From assembly GCA_965243615.1 (NCBI GenBank), contig CBDEVO010000003.1, positions 5,594,471 through 5,658,470 on the forward strand: a stretch of 64,000 nucleotides of DNA, read 5' to 3'. The position numbers were made by a program, and so were the translations under genes. Under the pieces are notes generated by a model. It was not told the DNA's origin. It made no database searches and saw nothing but the letters and a program-made list of their open reading frames with translations. The DNA is from Vicinamibacterales bacterium (GTDB lineage: Bacteria; Acidobacteriota; Vicinamibacteria; Vicinamibacterales; UBA8438). Below are positions 9,268-17,204 of this stretch, piece by piece (position 1 is the stretch's first letter; each line of letters begins with the position of its first letter).

Positions 9268-10986
9268 CTAGTCGTCCGCCGTCTCGACGATGGGACTGGG
9301 GCTCGGCCGGCGGATCATCTTGTGCAGGTCGGCGCCGGCCGGCACCATCGGATAGACGGTGTCCTCCTGCTCGACCCGGAAGTCGATGACCACCGCACCG
9401 GGCTCGGCCCGCGCCATCGCCACCGTCGGCTCGACCTCCTGCCGGCGCGAGACCGTCGCGCTGCGGAGGCCGAAGGCCTCGCCCAGCTTCGCGAAGTCGG
9501 GGCTGAGCAGCGGCGTGGCCGCGTAGCGCCGCTCGTAGAAGAACTCCTGCCACTGCCGCACCATGCCCAGATAGCCGTTGTTGATGATGGCCACGTTGAC
9601 CTTCACCTTCTCCTGCGCGATGGTGGCCAGCTCGCACATCGTCATCTGGAAGCCGCCGTCGCCCACGATCGCCCACACCTCGGCCTCGGGCCGCGCGAGC
9701 TTGGCGCCGATCGCGGCGGGCAGGGCGAACCCCATAGTCCCGAGGCCCCCCGACGTGATGAGCGACCGCGGCTCCTGGTGGTGGTAGTACTGCGCCTCCC
9801 ACATCTGGTGCTGGCCGACGTCGGTCACGACCACCGCCTTGCCGTCGGTCATGCGCCAGATGTCGTTGATGACGTGCGCGGCGTACAGGTGACCGCTGTC
9901 GGGCAGGTTCTGCACGTCACGGACGGCCGAGTCGCCCTTCATCTCCGCGATCGAGTCGAGCCACGCGCGGCGGTCGCCGTCCTCGATCCGCGGCAGCAGC
10001 TCCCGCAGCACGCCCGACAGGTCGCCGGCCAGGGTGACGTCGACGAGGACGTTCTTGTTGAATTCGGCCGGGTCGATGTCGACGTGGATCTTCCTCGCGT
10101 TCGGCGCGTACGTCCTGACGTTGCCGGTGACGCGGTCGTCGAACCGCATGCCGAAGGCGAGCAGGAGGTCGGCCTCCTGGATGGCCTGGTTCACCCACGC
10201 CTCCCCGTGCATCCCCATCATGCCCAGGTTCAGGGGGTGCAGGGCCGGGAACGACCCGATGCCGAGCAGGGTCATTGCGACCGGGATGTCGGCCCGCTCG
10301 GCGAACTCGCGCACCAGGTCCATGGCGCCCGACAACATCACGCCGTGCCCGGCGAAGATGACCGGCCGCTTGGCGCTGTTGATCAGGTCCACCGCCTGCC
10401 GGCGCTCGGCGTCCGACGCGCGAAGCTCGGGCCGGTAGCCGGGCAGGCGCACGGGGCTGCCGTCCCAGACGAACTCGGCCGAGGACTGCTGGGCGTCCTT
10501 GGTGATGTCCACCAGCACCGGTCCGGGGCGGCCGGAGCGCGCGACGTAGAACGCCTCGTGGATGGTCGGCGCCACCTCGGACACGTTCGACACCAGGTAG
10601 TTGTGCTTCGTGATGGGCAGGGTGACGCCGGTGACGTCGGTCTCCTGAAAGGCGTCCGACCCGATGAGCCGGCTGCCCACCTGACCCGTGATGCAGACGA
10701 TGGGCGAGGAATCGAGCATCGCGGTGGCGATGCCCGTGACCATGTTCGTGGCGCCGGGCCCCGACGTGGCCACCGCCACGCCGACCTCCCCGCTCGCCCG
10801 CGCGTAGCCGTCGGCCATGTGGGTCGCCCCCTGCTCGTGCCGCACCAGGACATGGCGGACGGGGTACTCCAGCATGGCGTCGTAGGCGGGCAGAATCGCG
10901 CCGCCAGGATAGCCGAACACCGTGGTCACCCCCTCGCGCACGAGGGATTCCCACAGGATCTGCGCGCCGGTTCTCATGTTCCCCAT
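9268..10986 (-). CDS. ilvB: acetolactate synthase large subunit (biosynthetic, ThDP-dependent)
   Basis: 572 aa with motifs GYPGGAILP, GPGATN and the ThDP motif GDGGFQMT...NNGYLGMVRQWQ. Confidence 0.96.
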   Translation of the reverse strand: MGNMRTGAQILWESLVREGVTTVFGYPGGAILPAYDAMLEYPVRHVLVRHEQGATHMADGYARASGEVGVAVATSGPGATNMVTGIATAMLDSSPIVCITGQVGSRLIGSDAFQETDVTGVTLPITKHNYLVSNVSEVAPTIHEAFYVARSGRPGPVLVDITKDAQQSSAEFVWDGSPVRLPGYRPELRASDAERRQAVDLINSAKRPVIFAGHGVMLSGAMDLVREFAERADIPVAMTLLGIGSFPALHPLNLGMMGMHGEAWVNQAIQEADLLLAFGMRFDDRVTGNVRTYAPNARKIHVDIDPAEFNKNVLVDVTLAGDLSGVLRELLPRIEDGDRRAWLDSIAEMKGDSAVRDVQNLPDSGHLYAAHVINDIWRMTDGKAVVVTDVGQHQMWEAQYYHHQEPRSLITSGGLGTMGFALPAAIGAKLARPEAEVWAIVGDGGFQMTMCELATIAQEKVKVNVAIINNGYLGMVRQWQEFFYERRYAATPLLSPDFAKLGEAFGLRSATVSRRQEVEPTVAMARAEPGAVVIDFRVEQEDTVYPMVPAGADLHKMIRRPSPSPIVETADD

Positions 10987-11026
10987 TGACCCGTACCCGT
11001 CGGCGGCGGAAGCGGCCTCCGCGCCC

Positions 11027-12709
11027 TCACGCCGTCGTCACCGCACCCTCGGCCGCCGACCCCACGAGACGGCAGTACTTCGCCATCACGCCGGTCGCGA
11101 AGCGCGGCGCCGGGGCCTCCCAGCCGCGCATGCGCTCGGCGATCTCCGCCTCGTCGACCTCTACCCGCAGCTCCCGCGCCTGCAGGTCGAAGACGATGAT
11201 ATCGCCGTCGCGCACCGCCGCGATCGGCCCTCCCCGCGCCGCCTCCGGCGCCACGTGCCCCGCCATGAGGCCGCGGGTCGCGCCCGAGAACCGGCCGTCG
11301 GTCAGCAACGCCACCGAGTCGCCGAGGCCGGCCCCGACGATCGCCGCGGTGACCGCCAGCATCTCGCGCATGCCGGGACCGCCGCGCGGCCCCTCGTAGC
11401 GGATCACGACGACGTCCCCCGGCCGCAGCGCGCCCTTCTCGACCGCCTCGAAGCAGGCCTCCTCGCTGTCGAACACCCGCGCCGGGCCGCGGTGCCGCCG
11501 GGTGCCGTAGCCGCCGGCCACCTTCACCACGCACCCGTCCGGGGCCAGGTTGCCCTTCAGGATGATGAGCCCGCCTGTCGGAGTTATCGGCTCGGACACC
11601 GGCCGCACCACTTCCTGCCCCGGGGCCTCGGTCGCCGCCCGCGCCTCCTCTCCGATGGTGCGGCCGGTGACGGTGACCTCGTCGGACCGCAGCACCCCTG
11701 CCTCCTCGAGCCGCCGCGCCACCAGGCGGCTGCCGCCGGCCCGGTACAGGTCGGTCGCGACGAAGCGGCCGCCAGGCTTCAGATCGGCCAGCAACGGCGT
11801 CACGCCGCTGATGCGGTCGAAGTCGTCGATGGAGATCTCGACCCCCGCCTCGCGGGCGATGGCCAGCAGGTGCAGCACCGCGTTGGTCGACCCTCCCGTG
11901 GCGGCCACCGACGCGATGCCGTTCTCGAGCGCGGCCCGGGTCATGATCTGCCGCGGGCGCCGGTCCGACTCGACCAGGTCCATGATGAGCCGCCCCGACT
12001 CGCGGGCCACCACGTCCTTCTCGTCTTCCATCGCCGGCACCGCGTTGTGGCTCATCGGCGAGATGCCGATCAGCTCGCACACCGTCGCCATGGTGTTGGC
12101 GGTGAACTGGCCGCCGCACGCGCCGGGGCCGGGGCACGCCGCGTCCTCGAGCGCCTTCAACTGCGCGTCGCTCATCGTGCCCGCCGCGTGCGCCCCCACC
12201 GCCTCGAAGACGTCCTGGATGGTGACGTCGCGGTCCTCCCAGCGCCCCGGCGCGATGGAGCCGCCGTAGAGCACGAGGCCCGGGATGTCGAGCCGCGCCA
12301 CCGCCATCACCCCCCCGGGGATGGTCTTGTCGCAGCCCACCAGGACCACGAGCCCGTCGAAGAGGTTGCCGCGGGCGACGAGCTCGATGGAGTCGGCGAT
12401 CACCTCGCGGCTCACCAGGGAGGCGCGCATGCCGTCGCTGCCCATGGTGATGCCGTCGGAGATGGACACCGTGTTGAACTCCATCGGCGTGCCCCCGGCG
12501 GCGCGGATCCCGTCCTTGATCCGCTCCCCGAGCCGCCGCAGATGGAAGTTGCAGGGCCCGATCTCGATCCAGGTGTTGGCGACCCCGATGATCGGCCGGC
12601 CCAGCGCCTCGTCGTCGAACCCGACCGCCTTCAGCATCGATCGCGCCGGAGCGCGGGAGGGGCCGTCCGTGATCGCGCCGCTGCGGGTCTTGCCTGGCCT
12701 GGCCGTCAT
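11027..12709 (-). CDS. ilvD: dihydroxy-acid dehydratase
   Basis: Start taken at ATG 12709 ([31 protein letters not shown]...), giving about 560 aa. Motifs include CDKTIPG and TDGRFSG. The upstream 49 codons of the track ORF cover the leader/terminator region. Confidence 0.95.
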   Translation of the reverse strand: MTARPGKTRSGAITDGPSRAPARSMLKAVGFDDEALGRPIIGVANTWIEIGPCNFHLRRLGERIKDGIRAAGGTPMEFNTVSISDGITMGSDGMRASLVSREVIADSIELVARGNLFDGLVVLVGCDKTIPGGVMAVARLDIPGLVLYGGSIAPGRWEDRDVTIQDVFEAVGAHAAGTMSDAQLKALEDAACPGPGACGGQFTANTMATVCELIGISPMSHNAVPAMEDEKDVVARESGRLIMDLVESDRRPRQIMTRAALENGIASVAATGGSTNAVLHLLAIAREAGVEISIDDFDRISGVTPLLADLKPGGRFVATDLYRAGGSRLVARRLEEAGVLRSDEVTVTGRTIGEEARAATEAPGQEVVRPVSEPITPTGGLIILKGNLAPDGCVVKVAGGYGTRRHRGPARVFDSEEACFEAVEKGALRPGDVVVIRYEGPRGGPGMREMLAVTAAIVGAGLGDSVALLTDGRFSGATRGLMAGHVAPEAARGGPIAAVRDGDIIVFDLQARELRVEVDEAEIAERMRGWEAPAPRFATGVMAKYCRLVGSAAEGAVTTA

Positions 12710-12727
12710 GTGCGTGAGCCTTCCGAC

Positions 12728-12764
12728 AAAAAAAGGGCCATCACCCGACCGTGGATGATGGCCC
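12728..12764 (-). terminator. intrinsic terminator of ilv attenuator (12-bp GC stem + U7) in the ilvD 5' leader
   Basis: Minus strand reads GGGCCATCATCC-ACGGTC-GGGTGATGGCCC-TTTTTTT, ending 18 nt before the ilvD ATG. Confidence 0.7.
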
Positions 12765-12791
12765 TCGAATCTGCTGTGTTCGTCGAGTACA

Positions 12792-12878
12792 TCATCCACT
12801 GGCCGCCGGCGCAATGATGACGCCGGCGCCGTGAACGCCGACCACGACAGAGCCACGGGACGCGCGAACCATGGACAT
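12792..12878 (-). CDS. candidate ilv leader peptide, 28 aa ([28 protein letters not shown])
   Basis: Hand-translated and verified codon by codon. It has 6 Val and 2 Ile in 28 residues. Its stop codon is embedded in the antiterminator arm GTGGATGATG. It is too short to appear in the ORF track. Confidence 0.5.
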   Translation of the reverse strand: MSMVRASRGSVVVGVHGAGVIIAPAASG

Positions 12879-12902
12879 TCGGGACTTCGGAAACGGGGCT
12901 CT

Positions 12903-12932
12903 ATTCTAGCGCGGTCGCGGAGGCGGGCTCAA
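12903..12932 (-). promoter_or_regulatory. candidate sigma70-type promoter of the ilv leader (TTGAGC - 18 nt - TAGAAT)
   Basis: AT-rich hexamers stand out in GC-rich DNA. The -10 TAGAAT lies 24 nt upstream of the leader ATG. Confidence 0.4.
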
Positions 12933-13011
12933 GGGCCGGTCGACCACCGTCCGTCATCGCCGTCCGGGGACTCGCCGGCCTCGCCGGCGCGGAAGCCCGC
13001 CTCGTCCCGAA

Positions 13012-13455
13012 TCACCGCTCCGGCAATGGCTCGCCCTCGGGGACGAAGCGGAGCGCGACGCCGTTGTTGCAGTACCGCTTTCCGGTGGGCCGCGGCCCGT
13101 CCGGAAAGACGTGCCCCTGGTGCCCCCCGCAGCGGGCGCAGTGATACTCGGTCCGCGGCAGGATCATCTTGAAATCGCGCTTCGTGCCGAGGCTGCCCTC
13201 GATCGGCGCGAAGAAGCTCGGCCATCCGGTGCCGCTCTCGTACTTCGCCGCCGACTCGAAGAGCGGCTGATAGCAGGCGGCGCAAACGAACGTCCCGGCG
13301 CGCTTCTCCCGGTTCAGCGGGCTCGACCCGGGCGGCTCGGTCGCCTCCCGGAACAGGACCGCGAACGACGCCGCCGGGAGCAGGGCGCGCCACTCCTCGG
13401 GCGTCTTCTTCTCGGTGGGGTTCGTCTCGGTCGACGCTGGGCTCGTCTCGATCAT
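13012..13455 (-). CDS. msrB: peptide-methionine (R)-S-oxide reductase
   Basis: Motifs: CAACYQPLF...GWPSF...HCARCGGHQGHVFPDGP...RYCNNGVAL. Start taken at ATG 13455, which is preceded by AGGAG 6 nt upstream. The track start at 13482 is a GTG without an RBS. Confidence 0.9.
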   Translation of the reverse strand: MIETSPASTETNPTEKKTPEEWRALLPAASFAVLFREATEPPGSSPLNREKRAGTFVCAACYQPLFESAAKYESGTGWPSFFAPIEGSLGTKRDFKMILPRTEYHCARCGGHQGHVFPDGPRPTGKRYCNNGVALRFVPEGEPLPER

Positions 13456-13955
13456 GACCGTCTCCTCTCGGGAGAATACCACCGCCGCCCGGGCGCCTCG
13501 ACGGCACGCCCCTCAACCGCCGCCCGCAGCGTCGATTGCCGCGGGGCGGCCCGGGGGGGGCCGCCGGGCTCGCGTCCCCACCCCGCGACGTGAGATCCCG
13601 GCGCGAGTCGGCGAGCGGCGACAGGCCGCCGCACGGCGTCGCCGGGAAACGGGCGGATTCCGGGTCAACCGGGGTTGACGACGGCAAGAAGACGCGATTG
13701 CCCCCGAGTCACGCGACATCGCTTGCGTCCGACCCGACCGGCGGGCCGGCGATCCCGACGCCGACGGTTGCCCGCCACCCAGGCCGCGCGCCGGCGGCCG
13801 ACCGGGCGCGAATCCGCCGACCTCCCGGTTCTTGCAGCGTTTCGCCCGCCAACTCCACGTGGCACGACCCTTGTAGTCATTTCGTGCACGGGCGGCCGAG
13901 CCGATTCGGCGCCCGGAAGCGGCATGACGCCGCGCCGAATCCAAGGAGGTTGACC

Positions 13956-14060
13956 ATGAAGACACGCAAGTCAGCGGCGGCGGCGACGCTGACGACGCGG
14001 CAGCTCGCCGCCGGAACCCGAGGTTCGAAGTACGCAACAATTGTGTTACAGATCACATAG
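13956..14060 (+). CDS. small ORF, 34 aa (MKTRKSAAAATLTTRQLAAGTRGSKYATIVLQIT), candidate peptide
   Basis: A near-perfect RBS AAGGAGG lies 6 nt upstream of the ATG. A 10-bp perfect hairpin (13903..13941) sits just 5' of the RBS. The ORF ends 14 nt before the next small gene. There is no homology evidence. Confidence 0.35.
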   Translation: MKTRKSAAAATLTTRQLAAGTRGSKYATIVLQIT

Positions 14061-14074
14061 CTCAGGAGAGAATC

Positions 14075-14362
14075 ATGCAGAAACGAACGCTGCTCGCCAT
14101 CTCGACGTTGACCGCCCTCCTGCTCTCGGTCGGAACCCTGCAGCCGGCCCCGATGGAGACAGGGGCGGAGCTCGCGCTGCACGGCCATCTGGTCGCACCG
14201 CAGGCACCGCCGTCGGTGGAGGAGCCGGTCGCCCCCCGGTGGGCATTCGCGTTGGGAATGAATCGCGAGGAGGCCCTGACATTCACCGTTCTCGGTGCCG
14301 TTACCTGCTCCCCGTTCATTTGGATCGGCTCCATTGCGTGCGGGGTCACCGGCGGGTTGTGA
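14075..14362 (+). CDS. small secreted/hydrophobic peptide precursor, 95 aa
   Basis: RBS AGGAGA lies upstream. The N-terminal signal-like segment is MQKRTLLAISTLTALLLSVGTLQPAP. The C-terminal Gly/Ala/Cys-rich hydrophobic segment is LTFTVLGAVTCSPFIWIGSIACGVTGGL (2 Cys). It sits in a locally lower-GC context. Confidence 0.55.
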   Translation: MQKRTLLAISTLTALLLSVGTLQPAPMETGAELALHGHLVAPQAPPSVEEPVAPRWAFALGMNREEALTFTVLGAVTCSPFIWIGSIACGVTGGL

Positions 14363-14415
14363 TCGTCGCGGGGAGACGCTGAGCGAGACGAGGACCGACG
14401 CGCACGGAGGCTGAA

Positions 14416-14988
14416 GTGGAGAGACTCGACAGATGGTCCCGCTCATTGGCGATTCTGCTAGTCGTCAACGTGCTGCTCTTCAGCCTCACCGTCTGCGCCG
14501 GTTGGCTCAGCGCCGAGCACCTGGGAGAACAGCTCCACGTCCGCCGGTCTGCTGCAGTCACCGGCGACCGCATCCACTCGGACGCCGCCTACATTCTGCG
14601 CGGCAACCTGCGGGTCGCGGCCGGACTGCTGGCGGGCGGGTGCACGCTGGGGCTGTTCACCCTCGTCGGACTGCTGTACAACGCGTTCCTGCTGGGCTAC
14701 GGCCTGTCCGCCCTGACCCGGAACGCCGCCGAGGTCTTGCCGTTCCTCGCCAGCTACGTACCCCTCGAGTTCCTCGCGTTCATCCTCGTCGCCACCGCCA
14801 CGCAGCATCTCTCTCTGGGGGTGGTCCGGTGCCTGGCGACGGGAGAGTCCTTACCACTCAAGGCCGGCGCCGTCAGTCTCGGGGGCGGGGGTGTGCTGCT
14901 CGTGGTCGCCGCCGTCGTCGAAGCGAGCGTGATGCCCGCCATCGCCGCAATCTCGGGGCAGACTCCGCCGCCAGGAGGCACGCCATGA
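14416..14988 (+). CDS. SpoIIM/DUF95-like integral membrane protein
   Basis: 190 aa with a GTG start after GGAGG. It has multiple TM segments. The pattern N-x...LLYNAFLLGYGL...YVPLEFLAFILVA resembles the NG...PHGxxELxA signature of the SpoIIM family, though the match is weak. Confidence 0.55.
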   Translation: MERLDRWSRSLAILLVVNVLLFSLTVCAGWLSAEHLGEQLHVRRSAAVTGDRIHSDAAYILRGNLRVAAGLLAGGCTLGLFTLVGLLYNAFLLGYGLSALTRNAAEVLPFLASYVPLEFLAFILVATATQHLSLGVVRCLATGESLPLKAGAVSLGGGGVLLVVAAVVEASVMPAIAAISGQTPPPGGTP

Positions 14989-15866
14989 AGGACATCGTCG
15001 TCGAGCTGAACGAGATTCGTCGGCGGTTCCCCGGCTTCGAGCTGGGTCCGCTGACGCTTAAGTTGCGCCCGGGCCGCGTCTACGGCCTGCTCGGGCCGAA
15101 CGGCGCCGGGAAAACGACGCTGCTCGACATCCTCGGGCTGCAGCTCAGGCCCACCGGCGGCGTCCTCCGGGCGGGCGACGAGCCGATCGGCTGGGGCTCG
15201 CTCCGCTGGAAGAAGCGACTCAGCTACGTACGGGAGGTCGTGCCGTTCTACGGCGAGCTCACCGTCGCCCAAACGCTCAGGTTCACGTCACGCGTCTACG
15301 ATGCCTGGGATCCGGCTCTGGCTGCCCGGCTCGTCGAGACGCTCGAGCTGCCGCTGGACAAGCCGGTCGGCAAGCTGTCGAAGGGCACGAAGGTCAAGCT
15401 GGGCATTGCGAGCGCGCTCGCCCACCACGCCGACCTCCTCCTGCTCGACGAACCCACCGCCGGTCTCGACCCCACGGTCCGGGCCGACGTCCAGGCAATC
15501 GTCCGGTCCCTGGTGCAGGAACAACCCCGCCTCTGCGTGGTCCTGTCGTCGCACATCTTCGAGGACATCGAAGAGACGGCCACCGACATCCTGATGCTGC
15601 GCGACGGCCGCTTCGTCTTCGAGATGGCGGCCGACATCCTGCAGGCCTCGACACTGTACCGCACCCGCGCCGCGGGCGCCGTGGAGCCTTCCCCGGACCT
15701 CCTGGCTCGCTGGATCCGCAAGGACGAGGAGTGGCTCCTCGTACTCGGGAACAGCGCGCTCGACACACACCTGCGGCAGAGTGCCGACCATGTCGAGGAT
15801 CGCCCGTCGAGCCTGCTCGCCGCCGTCTATCACGGCACGGGGCACCCCCCGGGAGCAAGACGATGA
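14985..15866 (+). CDS. ABC transporter ATP-binding protein
   Basis: Walker A GPNGAGKTT, signature LSKGTKVKL and Walker B LLLLDEPTAGLD. The ATG overlaps the upstream stop (ATGA) and has an AGGAGG RBS. Confidence 0.9.
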   Translation: MKDIVVELNEIRRRFPGFELGPLTLKLRPGRVYGLLGPNGAGKTTLLDILGLQLRPTGGVLRAGDEPIGWGSLRWKKRLSYVREVVPFYGELTVAQTLRFTSRVYDAWDPALAARLVETLELPLDKPVGKLSKGTKVKLGIASALAHHADLLLLDEPTAGLDPTVRADVQAIVRSLVQEQPRLCVVLSSHIFEDIEETATDILMLRDGRFVFEMAADILQASTLYRTRAAGAVEPSPDLLARWIRKDEEWLLVLGNSALDTHLRQSADHVEDRPSSLLAAVYHGTGHPPGARR

Positions 15867-16519
15867 GCACAAGAATGCTGTGGATCCTGATGGCCAAGGA
15901 CCTGCGACTGCACGGCCTGCCCCTGTTGCTGATGTTCGCCGCCGTCCTTTCCTTCCTCGGCTTGGTGATTCGCTTCGTCCCGAGCGAGGCCTCGCCGGTG
16001 GGGTTCGTGACCAACATCAACGTGTTCATCACCCTCGCTTTCAGCGAGTGGCTCATCGCGCGCGAGCGTTCCACGCGCTCCTTTGCCTGGCTGCGTTCCC
16101 TGCCCGTGGACGATCGGACCCTCGTCCTCGGCAAGTTCCTCCTTGCGTCCGCCTGCGGCACGACGCTGTGGACGGTGTCGACGGGACTGTTCGCGCGGCA
16201 GGTCTGGCAGTCCCGGGGCGAGCCGCTGGTCACGCTGTGCGCCCTGGCCGCCTTCGGCGCGCTCTGCGTCGCGACGAGATGGCGCGTCAACTGGCATCTG
16301 GCCCACATGGTTCCCATCGGCATCCTGGCCGCATTCCTGTTGCCGGGCCTGCTGCTCGCCCGGGAGGGCACACTGGCGCGCGCGGCGCTCATCGCCTTCT
16401 GGAACGCACCCTACGGCCCTCCCCTCATGGCGGCCGGCCTGCTGCTGATATACCTGGGCATCGTGTGGAACACGATCCGGTGGGCTAAGCGGGCCGACAC
16501 GTGGCAGCTCGTCGACTGA
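15863..16519 (+). CDS. ABC-2 type transporter permease (ABC2_membrane_5-like)
   Basis: 218 aa from ATG 15863, with an ATGA overlap onto the ATPase stop. The MSTRMLWILMAKDLRLHGLPLLL N-terminus is typical of small ABC-2 permeases. About 6 hydrophobic segments. Confidence 0.65.
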   Translation: MSTRMLWILMAKDLRLHGLPLLLMFAAVLSFLGLVIRFVPSEASPVGFVTNINVFITLAFSEWLIARERSTRSFAWLRSLPVDDRTLVLGKFLLASACGTTLWTVSTGLFARQVWQSRGEPLVTLCALAAFGALCVATRWRVNWHLAHMVPIGILAAFLLPGLLLAREGTLARAALIAFWNAPYGPPLMAAGLLLIYLGIVWNTIRWAKRADTWQLVD

Positions 16520-16535
16520 TTCGCAGGAACCCGCC

Positions 16536-17204
16536 ATGCACATGCTGTTGTGGAGTCCGATTCGCTTCTTCGAGACCCGGCGCGCCGGCAGCCCGCACTG
16601 GCTGGCAGCGGCCGGCGGGCCGGCCCTGTGCGCCGCGCTGCAAGCCGTCGCCGGCTCGATCTCCAGCGCCAGGATTCTCCCGGCGATGGAGGATGCAATC
16701 GCGGCCATCGACGTCCCGTTCGCCGAGTTCCCCATGCAGAGCATGGCGTTCGTCGCGGGCCTAGTGGGCTACCCGATGTTCTTCGGCGTGATGTTCCTGG
16801 CCGTGCTGGCCCTCGACGTCGTGGCCAGCGGGTCGGAACAGCCGCGTCTGCTGGCCAAGTTCACGGCGGTCAGCTTCTACACCCAGGTGCCGTGGTGCAT
16901 CGTGATGATCGCCATCGTCTGGCTCTGGGCGCCGGAGCCGATGCGCGTGCCGGTGGGCGCCTCGAACACGGAGATCATGGAAGCGCTGGCCGACCATCAA
17001 CGCAGCCTGCAGTCGGGACCGTTGCTGTCGACGGGACGGCTGCTCGGACACTACTCCAATCTCTGGCTCTCGGCGACGCTCGCGATCGCCCTCAAGGTGG
17101 TCGGATCGCTGTCCGTCCGCGCCACCGTCGCGGTCGGAACCGTTCTGTTCGTCATCTGCATGGCGGGGCCGATCTTCAACTTCGTGTTCGAGAGCCTGCG
17201 TTGA
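16536..17204 (+). CDS. multipass membrane protein (Yip1-like, tentative)
   Basis: 222 aa with 4-5 hydrophobic helices and a soluble insert (ASNTEIMEALADHQRSLQSG). It starts 16 nt after the permease. Confidence 0.5.
   Translation: MHMLLWSPIRFFETRRAGSPHWLAAAGGPALCAALQAVAGSISSARILPAMEDAIAAIDVPFAEFPMQSMAFVAGLVGYPMFFGVMFLAVLALDVVASGSEQPRLLAKFTAVSFYTQVPWCIVMIAIVWLWAPEPMRVPVGASNTEIMEALADHQRSLQSGPLLSTGRLLGHYSNLWLSATLAIALKVVGSLSVRATVAVGTVLFVICMAGPIFNFVFESLR

Noticed and set aside
12971-12987. Hairpin CGCCGGC-CTC-GCCGGCG downstream of msrB as terminator
   Set aside because: It is short and has no U-run. Such GC palindromes are frequent by chance in this composition.
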